NCBI GenBank assembly: GCA_965200155.1
Contig: CBDATR010000009.1
Span: 1 to 64,000, forward strand
Length of the DNA: 64,000 nt
Direction of reading: 5' to 3'
Source: Nitrosopumilaceae archaeon
Lineage (GTDB): Archaea > Thermoproteota > Nitrososphaeria > Nitrososphaerales > Nitrosopumilaceae
Below the pieces are notes generated by a model. That model was given only the letters and a program-made list of their open reading frames with translations, was not told the origin of the DNA and searched no databases. The translations under genes and the position numbers were made by a program. This document shows positions 32,570 through 43,605 of the stretch, in pieces. Numbering within the stretch: position 1 is the stretch's first letter; each line of letters begins with the position of its first letter.

Positions 32570-33010
32570 CGTTTGTGGGCGATCTTAAATATATGTGGCC
32601 ATACTGTATCATCATTCGTCATCTGTCTGTTCCCGGCTTTTTGTAGTACAGCCTGTTCCTGGACACCCCGCAGATCTCCAGTGCATGAACTACCCTGTGA
32701 TGTCCTTGATCTCCTCTAAGACCTTCAGGTTGTTCCCCCCAATCATTGTTTTTTTAAATGCGTTATTAGCAAGCGTTAGCTCACCTACTGAGATTATCGT
32801 TATCTTGCATCACCTTTTTCGTCTCAGAGTTTTGGGATCTTGCATTCCTGTCCAATCCCTCAGAACCGGTCTTTAGTAATCTCTTCCTCCACGTGTGTGC
32901 GCGGTGATATGTTGTATCGCCTGCAGATCTCTGCGGGGACTGCTGCCGAGTATGATGACCTTCTCTTCCCGACTTCATTGGTGTTTTTTGTAAACATACT
33001 CCCCCTCTTG
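32570..33010 (-). pseudogene. IS3-like transposase orfA relic
   Basis: AEICRRYNISP; VGELTLANNAFKK ending in an A-run. Confidence 0.6.
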
Positions 33011-33102
33011 AATCTAAAAGTGTGAGTTACGATCTATTCTCAATGCCATGGGGTCCCGCCAAAGTTTGCGCAAAACACGTAATGCTTCTAGAATCTACAC
33101 TA

Positions 33103-34965
33103 TCAATCCTGCATGACAAGCCGAATCTCGTTTAAGGCCGATGTGTCCTCTATGGTAGTTATGTCTCCGGGATCATCGCCCGCCATAATTCTCTTTAGGA
33201 GTCTCCGCATTATTTTGCCACTGCGAGTCTTTGGAAGGGACCTGACTATGTGTATGGTATCCGGACGCGCTATGGGCCCTATTTGGGCAGATACCATGTG
33301 ACGCAGACTCTCCTTTATGTCTGCATTATCTGAGCCCTCCCGCAGTACGGCAAATACCACTATGCGCTCACCCTTGACCTCGTCCGGGGCTCCCACCACA
33401 GCAGCTTCGGCTACACCATCGTGGGACACCACGCAACTCTCCAGCTCCGCTGTCCCTATGCGGTGTCCTGCCACTTTTAGTATATCATCCGCGCGTCCCA
33501 GTAGCCACACATATCCGTCCGAGTCAATACGGGCATAATCGCCGGGATAATAACAACCCTCAAACCGGGACCAATACGTATCATAATAGCGGTCATCATC
33601 GCCCCACAGGGTGAGCATGATTCCCGGCCACGCATTACGTATCACAAGATAGCCTCGTGTCCCGGCAGGAACCTCATTTCCGTCACTATCCAGAACCGCC
33701 ATATCCAGACCGGGTATGGGGTATGTCCCGGAGCCGGGCTTTGGCTGTACAGTCTCAATTCCAGGCAGTGCAGATATTAGCATCCCGCCGGTCTCGGTCT
33801 GCCACCATGTATCTATTATAGGGCACCGGCCGCCACCCACTACATCATAATACCATTGCCAGACCTGCGGGTTTATGGGCTCGCCGACGCTCCCCAAGAG
33901 TCGCAGTGATGACATGTCATGGGATTTTGGCATTTCATCACCGTGCTTGATTAGCATTCGCAGTGCAGTCGGTGTAGTATACAATATGGTAGCCTTGTAC
34001 TGCTCTATTATTCTCCACATGCGGGAGGGATCAGGATAGTCGGGCGCACCCTCGTACATTATCTGGGTAGCGCCACATAACAGCGGCGCGTATGCCACAT
34101 AACTGTGACCAGTAACCCACCCTATATCAGCCGTGCAAAAGTACACATCAGAGTCCCGTATGTCAAATGCCCACCGGAACGTAGAGTGAATGTGTACCAT
34201 GTAACCGCCGGTACCGTGCAAAACTCCCTTGGGGCGGCCGGTTGTACCTGATGTATATAATACAAAGAGTGGATCAGTCGACCCCATATGTTCCGGCTCA
34301 CACTGCCCCCCTGACTTTAGTATATCATCCCAGGATACATAAGAATCACAAGAGTCCCGCTCACGATTTATCATTATTACATGCTCGATACCCGGCGTCT
34401 CCGGCAGGGTCTGCTCCACCACACCCGCCAAGTCCACCACTCCACCCCGGCGATACCCGGCATCGGCGGTAATCAGTACCCTGGAGCGGGAGTCGTTTAT
34501 CCTCTCGGCCAGCGAGGTTGCACTAAACCCGGAAAAGACCACCGTATGAATGGCTCCTATTCGTGCGCATGCAAGCATGGATATTACAGCTTCCGGTATC
34601 ATGGGCAGGTATATGGTTACGCGGTCCCCCTTTTTCACGCCCAGGGATTTTAACCCGTTGGCCACCCTCTGCACCTGCTGGTATATCTCACCATACGTTA
34701 CGGCTCTTTGTGTACCATCCTCACCCTCCCACAGTATGGCAGTCTTTTGGGGATTATCCTGGTGCACATCCAGTGCATTATACGATATGTTGGTGGTGCC
34801 CCCTGCAAACCACCGGGCAAAGGGCCGGTTCCAGTCCAGGACCGAATCCCACTTGCCGAACCACTCTAGCCGCTCAGCCTCTCGCTCCCAGAATGCCAGA
34901 TTGTTCCGGCCAGCCTCCCGGCGATACCACTCATCATGGTGCCCAAGACCGGCCACATGTTCCAT
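33103..34965 (-). CDS. acs: Acetyl-CoA synthetase (AMP-forming)
   Basis: LYTSGTTGRPKG, DIGWVTGHSY, DTWWQTETG, LPKTRSGKIMRR. Confidence 0.96.
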   Translation of the reverse strand: MEHVAGLGHHDEWYRREAGRNNLAFWEREAERLEWFGKWDSVLDWNRPFARWFAGGTTNISYNALDVHQDNPQKTAILWEGEDGTQRAVTYGEIYQQVQRVANGLKSLGVKKGDRVTIYLPMIPEAVISMLACARIGAIHTVVFSGFSATSLAERINDSRSRVLITADAGYRRGGVVDLAGVVEQTLPETPGIEHVIMINRERDSCDSYVSWDDILKSGGQCEPEHMGSTDPLFVLYTSGTTGRPKGVLHGTGGYMVHIHSTFRWAFDIRDSDVYFCTADIGWVTGHSYVAYAPLLCGATQIMYEGAPDYPDPSRMWRIIEQYKATILYTTPTALRMLIKHGDEMPKSHDMSSLRLLGSVGEPINPQVWQWYYDVVGGGRCPIIDTWWQTETGGMLISALPGIETVQPKPGSGTYPIPGLDMAVLDSDGNEVPAGTRGYLVIRNAWPGIMLTLWGDDDRYYDTYWSRFEGCYYPGDYARIDSDGYVWLLGRADDILKVAGHRIGTAELESCVVSHDGVAEAAVVGAPDEVKGERIVVFAVLREGSDNADIKESLRHMVSAQIGPIARPDTIHIVRSLPKTRSGKIMRRLLKRIMAGDDPGDITTIEDTSALNEIRLVMQD

Positions 34966-35021
34966 TGAACGGAAAATATGATGCCCCATTATAAATGGGG
35001 GGTTAAAAATATTCAAAAAAT

Positions 35022-35774
35022 CTACTGAGCACTCATCCTGCTTAGCCAGTCCATCTTGGGCTCGCCTGTGGGTGGCTCCGGTATGGGATAGCTGGCCCTG
35101 GGTGGCGCATCAACTACAGGAGCTGTGGGAGCTTCTGGCGGCAGTGTGGCTGTTTCTTTATCGGACCTGTTCATCTCGTCGGCCAGATCCTGCAGACGTT
35201 TCTGCATATCCTCGATTTCTGATATTTCAAACTCTATATGCTCCAGCATGGTATTTGTGCCTGCCTTTGCCTCCTTGTAACTAGACTCGTCTATCTCTTC
35301 ACTACGATGCTGTATGGTAGCCTCGAACAGGAGGGACTTGACTGTCTTTGCATGTCTCTTTAGTTCTGATAACCGGTTCTCCATGTTCTCTTTTATGGTG
35401 TCCTCTATCTCATTGACCGATGCCAGCTTCTCCTCGTATCCCGCCTTTATGAATTCACCATCACTCTGTAGGTTACTGTTCTCTGCCAGTATTTTTTTCA
35501 GTGCCTTGAGGCGTCGTGCAATAATACCCTTCTCCCGCAATATCTTTTGGGAATCCAGTCTCCAGCGTGGGAGGTATATTATGGTATCATCCTGTATTAG
35601 TAATTGATCAAACTTTACCATCATGAACCCATGGAATCCGCAATCTATGCCCACTGCGGTTATGGTACCCTCAATGTCTGTCTCGGTGCCTATGGCTTTA
35701 CCCACCAGTGCACCATACATGTCCTGAATGCGCTTGCCCATTATGGGAAGTTCTCTGTCTTTCATTACATCCAT
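35022..35774 (-). CDS. cdvA: Cell division protein CdvA
   Basis: PRC-barrel-like N-terminus GKRIQDMYG..VG...GIDCG, long coiled coil, Pro-rich tail ending WLSRM. Confidence 0.85.
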   Translation of the reverse strand: MDVMKDRELPIMGKRIQDMYGALVGKAIGTETDIEGTITAVGIDCGFHGFMMVKFDQLLIQDDTIIYLPRWRLDSQKILREKGIIARRLKALKKILAENSNLQSDGEFIKAGYEEKLASVNEIEDTIKENMENRLSELKRHAKTVKSLLFEATIQHRSEEIDESSYKEAKAGTNTMLEHIEFEISEIEDMQKRLQDLADEMNRSDKETATLPPEAPTAPVVDAPPRASYPIPEPPTGEPKMDWLSRMSAQ

Positions 35775-36163
35775 GTATTAGTATAGTATAACTAGTAATG
35801 AGTCAATTATTTTTTGCAACAGAATGGTTTTTTTGAACTAGTGTGACATTGCATAATTTGGTGTATGACCATTCTGGAAGATTGGGTAAATGGCCGCAAC
35901 CACAACTGAAGTGATACGCATACTGTGGTTGTGTGTGGGAAAAATGCCGTGCAATACTGTAATTATTCAAGTTGCCCCGCAGAATGGTCGCGCCATATAC
36001 TGATAGGCAAAGATACAGATTCAGGCTCCATGTGCGTATGACCGGTGGGGTAACCGCAAGATTGTATATATTGTCGCGTAGCCGGGCATTTTTGTCCTCC
36101 AGTCATGAGTTGGCGCGAAAGTGGTAATCAAAAATTTAAATTTTACACGGGTAGTACGTGTCC

Positions 36164-36448
36164 ATGTTACAAAAGATGGAACTGGCCCAAATACTGCGGT
36201 TTGTGTCAAAGCGCTGGAGTGATATCGCAGATGATCCGCAGAATCGCGTAATGCAGTCTCTTCCGGAAGCATTCTGGATGAATTCGGTGGGGGGCAAGGC
36301 AGGAAAAGGGCGCTGGATAACCATGCTAATGTATACCGAGAGCGAGGAAGATGCACAGGCATTCAAGGACGTGTTACTTAGGTGGCAATCCAAGGGTTCC
36401 CAGAAGCAGTCTCATCCTGATCTCATTCAGATAGGAAGAAAAGATTAA
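36164..36448 (+). CDS. Conserved hypothetical protein
   Basis: ~94-aa ORF divergent from cdvA with plausible composition. Confidence 0.6.
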   Translation: MLQKMELAQILRFVSKRWSDIADDPQNRVMQSLPEAFWMNSVGGKAGKGRWITMLMYTESEEDAQAFKDVLLRWQSKGSQKQSHPDLIQIGRKD

Positions 36449-36475
36449 TCACTTATCCGGCTGTGTGTTTTTTGA

Positions 36476-36880
36476 TCATATCTTGCCCCGGCCGCCACAG
36501 GCCTGACAAAATTTGGTATCCTGTACGTTTATGAATTTCCATACCTTGCGGGCCTGTACTATGACTCCCAGGCCGTCGCATTCCCGGCATTTGCTCTTGT
36601 GCTTTTGTCCTGACTGTCGCCGGGCCTGTTTTTTGGCTGCACGACCCTGTTTGCGGGGATCTTTTCTTGTGTACTTGGCAGACTGCACCTTGATGGTTCC
36701 GCCTTGGGTGGGATCATCCAGTATCTGCTGGTATGCATCCAGTATGTTCTGTAGCATGCGTCCGGCATCTGGCGCGTCGTTGCGGTCCGGGTGATATTCC
36801 AATACCAGCGCCTTGTATCGCTGGCGTATCTGATCGTGGGATGAACCGGGCTTTATGCCCAGGGTGTCATAGGGATCCAT
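36476..36880 (-). CDS. Small DnaJ-domain protein with C-terminal CxxCxGxG pair
   Basis: MDPYDTLG..YHPDRN; CRECDGLG and CQACGGRG. Confidence 0.88.
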   Translation of the reverse strand: MDPYDTLGIKPGSSHDQIRQRYKALVLEYHPDRNDAPDAGRMLQNILDAYQQILDDPTQGGTIKVQSAKYTRKDPRKQGRAAKKQARRQSGQKHKSKCRECDGLGVIVQARKVWKFINVQDTKFCQACGGRGKI

Positions 36881-37066
36881 ACGGGTAGTGGTTCTGTTGT
36901 GTATTAACAAGTTTACCCTGTTGGTGTTTGTGTCCACTATCAAGTCTGAAATTGCATGTGACAAATGCCTAGAGACTTGCGGCAGTTATCATTAGTTTCC
37001 CGCGTCCAAATTTGTTCCAATATTATGCGACACTGATTTGGGGACTCGGAATACGGGGCTAAAATG

Positions 37067-38224
37067 TCATTTATCGTCTATGCGAACCCACTGGCCGTCG
37101 TCTGTCTGCCAGATTTCATACTCGGCTCTTGCCAGGTCACCATACTCCGTTAGTGTGAGATCTCCAGAAGTACCCAGCGTGTGTGCCGCCACGTGTGGTA
37201 TGGCAGGGGTCAGTACGAGGGGATCAACACTCTGGGTCTGTAGTATGGCAAGGCCCAAAAGCCATATGGAGTCATATGCAGCATAGCCGTACGTACTGAT
37301 AGTTGCATTATACATTTCAGTGAACCGGGAATCAAGAGAGTCCTTTAGCCTGTTGTCGGCCGTAAGGATTAATCTGGTGGCAGTAAACTGGGTATCCTGG
37401 GCAAACTCTATGGCTGCCGGGTCCTCAAAGAAGTATGACTTTATGGACTGTGTACTGGTGGAAAACCACCTTACGTTATCCACGTTCTCGTAATTGTCCA
37501 TGGCCTGCACTAGTAATAGGAACTCGTCAGTCCCAATGTATAGCACGCCTACCCTGTCTGCACCGTACTCGTTTACAGTTCTAGCTATGATGTCATCTAG
37601 CAGGGCAGCTTCCACCGAAAAGTCCGCCGCGTCCGGGTTATACCGAAATCCTGTCACTATTGTACCGTTGTAAATCTCACTTACGGCCGCGATTAACCCA
37701 TCGCCCCAAGTATCGCCCCGGATTACCGTTACCAGGACATCTATTCCTGCATCATCTAACATTGCTATGATTGGCGGGGACTGGTTTCCGTCGTTCGGTA
37801 CCAGCCGGAATACGGAATCGTCTATTGCAAGGTGCTCGGCCGTGGACGCGTGTGATACTATCAACATGTCATTGCGATCTATATAGCTGGCGGCAAGATT
37901 GATGTGTGCGCTGAATGCCACGCCGACGATTTTATCAATCCCAGCACTCCTGAACGCCTGTATCTTGTCCATGGCCACTACACTGCGGGACTCTGCATCT
38001 TCCACATCAAGGGAGATTTGCCAATGGGCGCCAATACTATTCAGGTACTCGTTAAAGTCTTCCACGGCAATTGCGGCTGTTCGGGAACCCTCATCACCCT
38101 CGGCCCAGTTCTTATCGAATATGCCCCCTATCATTACCTCGTCGGGTATCGCCGCCAGTGCAAGACCCGCAGATGATAACAGAACTATTGTAACTAAGGA
38201 TATGGCAGTGTATACATGATTCAA
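37067..38224 (-). CDS. ABC transporter substrate-binding protein (LivJ-like)
   Basis: IAVEDFN, DSVFRLVPND, YAAYDSIW, LTEYGDL. Confidence 0.9.
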   Translation of the reverse strand: MNHVYTAISLVTIVLLSSAGLALAAIPDEVMIGGIFDKNWAEGDEGSRTAAIAVEDFNEYLNSIGAHWQISLDVEDAESRSVVAMDKIQAFRSAGIDKIVGVAFSAHINLAASYIDRNDMLIVSHASTAEHLAIDDSVFRLVPNDGNQSPPIIAMLDDAGIDVLVTVIRGDTWGDGLIAAVSEIYNGTIVTGFRYNPDAADFSVEAALLDDIIARTVNEYGADRVGVLYIGTDEFLLLVQAMDNYENVDNVRWFSTSTQSIKSYFFEDPAAIEFAQDTQFTATRLILTADNRLKDSLDSRFTEMYNATISTYGYAAYDSIWLLGLAILQTQSVDPLVLTPAIPHVAAHTLGTSGDLTLTEYGDLARAEYEIWQTDDGQWVRIDDK

Positions 38225-38274
38225 TAATCGTGACCGATCTCTATACTATTTATATCTTGATGGAGGGTGTAGTT

Positions 38275-38408
38275 GTAACCGTTTAGGTCACCCCCGGGCA
38301 GCTGTTCAAAACACACCACCAACATGTCCGTTCTTGCTTTTTCTATCTTGCATATGCCCACGGATTTACCGTCTAAGTGTTGATCTTTAACGCGACCTAA
38401 ACGATTAC
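38275..38408. mobile_element. MITE family 2 (IS66-type ends)
   Basis: GTAACCGTTTAGGTC...GACCTAAACGATTAC; interior similar to 46279-46386. Confidence 0.85.
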
Positions 38409-38519
38409 AATTGATTTGCACGTTTAATTTTTATTGTTGTATGTATTACACTTATGTATACACATGCTGATTAACGAATACTCGTAACCAGATTATATTG
38501 GAGAAATCATACATTGATG

Positions 38520-38635
38520 GTGTGAGTTCACCTGTGTCTAAATGGAACGGGTCATTCTATAACTGATCGCGACAGTTAAAGAACCGGTTCTTTTGTGCAC
38601 AAGATTGGAACCGGTTCCAAGACGTGAACTCATAC
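38520..38635. mobile_element. MITE family 1, degenerate copy
   Basis: GTGTGAGTTCACCTGTGTCTAAA...GTGAACTCATAC with internal insertions; no TSD. Confidence 0.85.
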
Positions 38636-39123
38636 CACGACTCTGCCACTAGGCTTTCTAAAGCCGGATGAGGCATACCTCTGTATGTCAGATGTGTTAG
38701 GCTATCCCGGTTATGTGGAGATAGGGTATAGCGATACTGTACTGTTTGGCAGCCAGATTCACTATATAATTGGATTTGTAATTAATAGTACTGTATATTC
38801 TGTATCATACCATACAATATCAGAGAGTCATAATGATAATCAGTCAGATATGGCACGAGTGTGCTGTGACCGGTGAGACTCTTACTGAAGTCTATGACTT
38901 ACTGGCTCCCCGGAATAAATGTGGCGGATAAGTCACGCTTCATACTGTATTATGAACCAAAGGTGTATGCCTATGCATTCAGTATGGATAATGGGAGATT
39001 TCCGGCAAATAATAGATGAAGTGAAGGAATCATGGAGCCGATGACTGTCATGAACCAAGATCCCAATGAAGCAAAATGTTATGACGGGAATTTTGGTGGA
39101 GATGCCGGATTTGGTAATTCGTG

Positions 39124-39222
39124 GTATGAGTTCACGTCTTCCGGAATCTTGTGCACAAAAGAACCGGTTCTTTAACTGTCGCGATCAGTTGTGCGTAAAT
39201 TTAGACACAGGTGAACTCATAC
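39124..39222. mobile_element. MITE family 1 (99 bp)
   Basis: TIRs; TSD AATTCGTG/AATTCATG. Confidence 0.95.
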
Positions 39223-39939
39223 AATTCATGAGCTACTGGCATGATCTGATTTTCGCATGGCTGTGTAGGCCATTCTTGGGATATAGTTTCCCGGCATATC
39301 CTATATGTGCGTAACAAAGTGATCGGTGGAGTGTTGCATTGAGATACAGTCCAGCGATAAATTACTGATGTAATTCCCGCTCTCACCCGTGTCATGTTTG
39401 TCAAAATACAGCCCACATATTACAGCGGGTTCCAAAAGTCCATGACAAGTCTGGAATTATGGAGATTATACATATTGGTCAGAGTATGCAAGATGTGGTG
39501 GATTTTGTGCGTGATCGTTTTGAGCTTTGTTGTCTTAGGCCTATGTACAGCAAATGTATGCCCGGAGACTTGCGGTAGCCGCCATATGTGGATTCCAGTA
39601 TTGTCCAATCCTGTGCACGAATTACTGTTACCCGCATGGATAAACATGAATGATTCCCGAACACTTACCGCGTATCTTCTGCCAGGGCAACAGAATATGC
39701 CAAAATTATTCACATCACAATATGCCTAAAAACCATCCAGCAGACCGGATACAAGCACCTTATGACACAGCAAAATGGCGTCACACCCGCAGGGCTCCTC
39801 AAAAGGATACTAGGGAACGGGAGCCAAACCCGCCCCTTCCATACTGGTGGCCAATCTGGAATATTATGAGAGTGAGATTACCATTAGTTATAGCTAAATT
39901 TCGCAGGCATTTTATATGGACTCCTAAATCTTGTGAGTC

Positions 39940-40710
39940 ATGGCAAAGTTGGAGATCAAAGACCTGCATGTACGGCGAGAGGGCCAGGACATACTCAAGG
40001 GCGTTAATTTGAGTACGGGTCCCGGCGAGGTTCATGCAGTCATGGGTCCCAACGGTTCCGGCAAGTCAACCTTGGCATATACCCTTCTGGCACACCCCAA
40101 GTACGAGGTCATATCCGGCGACATACTGCTGGACGGCGAGAGCATACTGGAGTTAAAGGCAGATGAGCGTGCCCGCAAGGGTCTGTTCTTGGGATTCCAG
40201 TACCCAACGGAGGTATCCGGCGTCGGCTACTCACACTTTCTCCGTACCGCATACAACTCCCTCAGCAAGGCCATGCAGGGAGAGGACAGGGAAGTATTCA
40301 TCACTGTACGGGAATTCCAAAAGTACCTAAAGAGTAACCTGGAACAGGTAGGATTAGCAGACAAGTTCCTGAGCAGGTACCTCAATGAGGGATTCTCCGG
40401 CGGGGAGAAAAAGCGCTCCGAGGTATTGCAAATGGCAGTACTAAAACCCAAGATATCCATACTGGACGAGCCGGACTCTGGACTGGACATTGATGCGGTT
40501 AAGTCCGTAGCTCAGGCCATTAGCAACGTATCCACCGAGGATGCTACTGTTCTTGTCATTACCCACTATGCCCGCATACTGAAATATCTCAAGAAACTGG
40601 ATCACGTTCACGTCTTTGCTCAGGGCAAGATACTCCGTAGCGGGGATGCCTCCTTGGCAGAGGAGCTGGAGCGACGGGGCTACGAGTGGATTCAGGAAAG
40701 CGCGCAGTAA
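39940..40710 (+). CDS. sufC: Fe-S cluster assembly ATPase SufC
   Basis: MGPNGSGKST, FQYP.E, RYLNEGFSGGEKKR, DEPDSGLDID, ITHY. Confidence 0.96.
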   Translation: MAKLEIKDLHVRREGQDILKGVNLSTGPGEVHAVMGPNGSGKSTLAYTLLAHPKYEVISGDILLDGESILELKADERARKGLFLGFQYPTEVSGVGYSHFLRTAYNSLSKAMQGEDREVFITVREFQKYLKSNLEQVGLADKFLSRYLNEGFSGGEKKRSEVLQMAVLKPKISILDEPDSGLDIDAVKSVAQAISNVSTEDATVLVITHYARILKYLKKLDHVHVFAQGKILRSGDASLAEELERRGYEWIQESAQ

Positions 40711-40740
40711 TATAACTATTAACCATTATCATAATTCTTA

Positions 40741-41358
40741 ATGGATCCGCTCTACGACATTATCGAGTACTCATACGCGGGAATAATGCTAGTACTAGTA
40801 GCCCTGAATGCGGCCCCCCTTTTGGTGCCGCCCACATGGATAGTACTGGCATCATTTTACGCGGTGGATTCATCCCTGAGTCCGCTGTGGCTGTCCATAG
40901 TGGGTGCAACAGGGGCCACCATTGGCAGGTTCATACTCATGAAGTATAGCGGCATATTCCGCAGGTTCGTGGGAACCCAGAGGCGGGAGGGTCTGGATAC
41001 AGTGGGGAGTCTTCTTGGGAAAAATCGTTACAATTACGCGCTTGCATCCTTTCTCTTTGCTGCCACCCCACTGCCCAGCAATATGCTGTTTGTGGCATAT
41101 GGATTGATGCGGGCCAAGAATTTTGGACTGTTGGTCGGGTTCTGGTCCGGCCGTGTCATATCATATTATATCATGATATCCATTAGTAATGTAGTACTTG
41201 TTCCATTTCTACAGTTATTCGAGGAGAGGTACGTGGGCATTCTTGTGGCAGACGTATTGGGCGTGGGAACGGTAATACTCTTTGCATGTATTGACTGGGG
41301 TGTACTAGTAAGGCAGCGCCGTCTGCGGTTCATGCGGCCCCGTATATGGCGACTATAA
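40741..41358 (+). CDS. Membrane protein (DedA/VTT-like)
   Basis: Hydrophobic; GATGATIGR, FAATPLPSN. Confidence 0.75.
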   Translation: MDPLYDIIEYSYAGIMLVLVALNAAPLLVPPTWIVLASFYAVDSSLSPLWLSIVGATGATIGRFILMKYSGIFRRFVGTQRREGLDTVGSLLGKNRYNYALASFLFAATPLPSNMLFVAYGLMRAKNFGLLVGFWSGRVISYYIMISISNVVLVPFLQLFEERYVGILVADVLGVGTVILFACIDWGVLVRQRRLRFMRPRIWRL

Positions 41359-42244
41359 CAGGAATCACAAAGCCCATTACCAAAAGGGTACCCGATATTC
41401 TGGAATACAGTAATGTTCTATGCATGTAGAATAATAATCTGTCATTGACAGAATGGTATATGGCCAGTCCCCGGCCACCCTGAACTACAAGGGGTAGCGC
41501 CATGAGTGACATGATACAGTATGCAGGGAAGAAACCACCCAGTACCCCGATACACACCACTACAAAGAAGCCTGCGGGGAACAGCCAGTACAATCGGGCT
41601 GCAGATTCTGGCCCATACCGGACTATAATGCCCCCTCGTCCGCCAGCCTTGTCCGCCTTGTAGTCGGGGAATGATGCCACAAATAATACCAGTGATGATA
41701 GAATACCCGCGGCCATTCCCGCCAGTATGGCACTCTCTGTAATTGTGCCTGCCTGTGTGTAGTAGGTACCCAAAACAATCATGATTCCCTTGATGGCCAC
41801 CATAATCTCTCCCAAGCCCCAGTCCACTATCTTTGTGGAGTAGAAATAGATTGACACTACGGCAAATCCCAGCAGTATACCCACAACAATCCCGTGAGTC
41901 ACGATATAGTATGCCCCTATGGCGCTGCCGGTAATCAGGCATATTACACCGGCCTTGTAGACCGATTCCGGGCGTAGCAGGCCCTCGGGCAATACGCCGG
42001 TGCCGCCGCTCATACCTGTGCGATCAGTGTTATCATCTATTCCGCGCTTGTAGTCCCGGTAGTCATTCAGCAAGTCCACGCTTGCGTGTAGCATTACGAC
42101 ACCGCAAGCCACAAGGAACATGTCCGGTATGTTGAGTGCAGAATTCAGGTATGCCGCGACCGCACCACCCAAAGTCACGCTTATGACCGATGATAGCAGG
42201 AATCGTATACGTACAGCTCTTAGCCATATTCTAACCGATGCCAA
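41330..42244 (-). CDS. menA: UbiA-family prenyltransferase (MenA-like)
   Basis: WLRAVR, NDYRDYKRGID, GLGE, PDYKADKAGG; likely TTG start at 42244. Confidence 0.85.
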   Translation of the reverse strand: MASVRIWLRAVRIRFLLSSVISVTLGGAVAAYLNSALNIPDMFLVACGVVMLHASVDLLNDYRDYKRGIDDNTDRTGMSGGTGVLPEGLLRPESVYKAGVICLITGSAIGAYYIVTHGIVVGILLGFAVVSIYFYSTKIVDWGLGEIMVAIKGIMIVLGTYYTQAGTITESAILAGMAAGILSSLVLFVASFPDYKADKAGGRGGIIVRYGPESAARLYWLFPAGFFVVVCIGVLGGFFPAYCIMSLMALPLVVQGGRGLAIYHSVNDRLLFYMHRTLLYSRISGTLLVMGFVIPVIVAIYGAA

Positions 42245-42371
42245 GTACGTACTATAGTGGCGTGGTTGGGACTCATATCTTTTTGTGATGTAGGATACTA
42301 TAGGTCTAGTAGAATGTGTCTTCTTTCGTAATGGAATTGTTCTTGCAGATGGTCTGGTATAGTTTCGGCGC

Positions 42372-42545
42372 CTAGTCGGTGATGTTGTCCTTCGTGGAAT
42401 TACCACCTCCCGTTCTTGTACAAACATCTGGAATGCCTGCCCATGATGTACGACCCCCAGATACGGCATTATTTCCGTTATGAAGACCGAGAACTCGCCC
42501 CTTATTGTCCTGTACTATTATTGCCAGGCTCTCGACTGCTGATCG
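42372..42545 (-). pseudogene. Orphan copy of the Type ISP second specificity segment and downstream ORF start
   Basis: ESLAIIVQD/KGEFSVFITEIMPYLGVVHHGQAFQMF + GGAGGTG + KDNITD matches 11062-11221. Confidence 0.85.
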
Positions 42546-42562
42546 TAAGGACCTCAGTGTTT

Positions 42563-42663
42563 GTATGAGTTCACGTCTTCCGGAATCTTGTGCACAAATC
42601 ACATTAACTAGAACAACCTGTTCCATCAGTTGTGCGTAAATTTAGACACAGGTGAACTCATAC
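42563..42663. mobile_element. MITE family 1 (101 bp), no TSD
   Basis: TIRs; lies between two truncated relics. Confidence 0.95.
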
Positions 42664-43605
42664 GTGAGAAGTGCAACCTTCTCTCATTGTAGTAGTCCAC
42701 ATAATCCCGGAGACTGTCATAATGCCATATCTCATTGGACTCTTAAATAAGAGTCCCCTCGTCCTCAATCATTCCATGGAAGCGCTCCAGTTTGCCATTT
42801 GTCTGCGGGTGGTATGGTCTGGAATTGATTAGTATGATGTCTTGATTCAGCAGTTCTTCCTCGAATAGTGGGTTTCCAGTTCTTTTTGCCCTTTTATTGT
42901 CCTACGAAACACGCGCCGTTATCCGAGATGTAGGGGCGCCGAATCGTTTCATTGCCAGTCTCAGTAATAGAGTGGCGTTCTCTGAGGTTGCATGCTCAAA
43001 TAGTGCCGCTCCGACTATACACCTGGATGTATCATCTATGAGATTCAGTCCCCTGAAGCGCTCATCTTTTCATGACATGCCAGTGCCACATTGCATTGGA
43101 ATATTTACGCTCATAGTGTACCCACTCTGACTTTGCAGATGATGAGACTGCCGTACAGGTATGAGTTCACGTCTTCCGGAATCTTGTGCACAAATCACAT
43201 TAACTAGAACAACCTGTTCCATCAGTTATGCGTAAATTTAGACATAGGTGAACTCACACCCGTACAGTTCTTTTTCATTATGCGATATACTGCGCGATAT
43301 GTATGTCTAAGCCTCTTTGCAATATGTACTACTCCGGTGGGATCCTTGCTGTATGCTTCAGTTACCATTCGTATCTGGGTGGCGGTGATTGGTATCATAG
43401 GCCTGCCCATCTTTACTCGAGTCGTTCCCGTCCTCTGGTTCACAATCTTCGTACGTGTCTTGTTTCAGGTCTTGAGCTATTTTGGTGGCGGCAACGCCTC
43501 TTGTCTTGATTCCTCTGTTATTCTCTTTACCATCTGGCTTGTGCAATGAAATAGTCAGCTACTGTACGCCGGATCCTAAGCGGACTTACTTTTCGTACTA
43601 TTGAA
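42664..43605 (-). mobile_element. IS481-like (rve integrase core) element, decayed copy A
   Basis: Near-identical to 54079-54915; RPYHPQTNGKLERFHG, YYNERR; interrupted by a MITE. Confidence 0.85.
43159..43259. mobile_element. MITE family 1 (101 bp)
   Basis: TSD CCGTACAG; the empty site is present in the sister IS at ~54420. Confidence 0.95.

Noticed and set aside
32449-32646. Recurrent small ORFs such as MSSRLPESCAQKNRFFNCRDQLCVNLDTGELI and MEQVVLVNVICAQDSGRRELI
   Set aside because: Translations of MITE 1 running into flanking DNA, not a protein family.
33113-34994. Many antisense ORFs over acs and other long genes
   Set aside because: Shadow ORFs of well-supported genes on the opposite strand.
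42245-42469. MenA fused to a Type ISP fragment
   Set aside because: Chance open frame through the orphan segment; MenA similarity starts near 42244.
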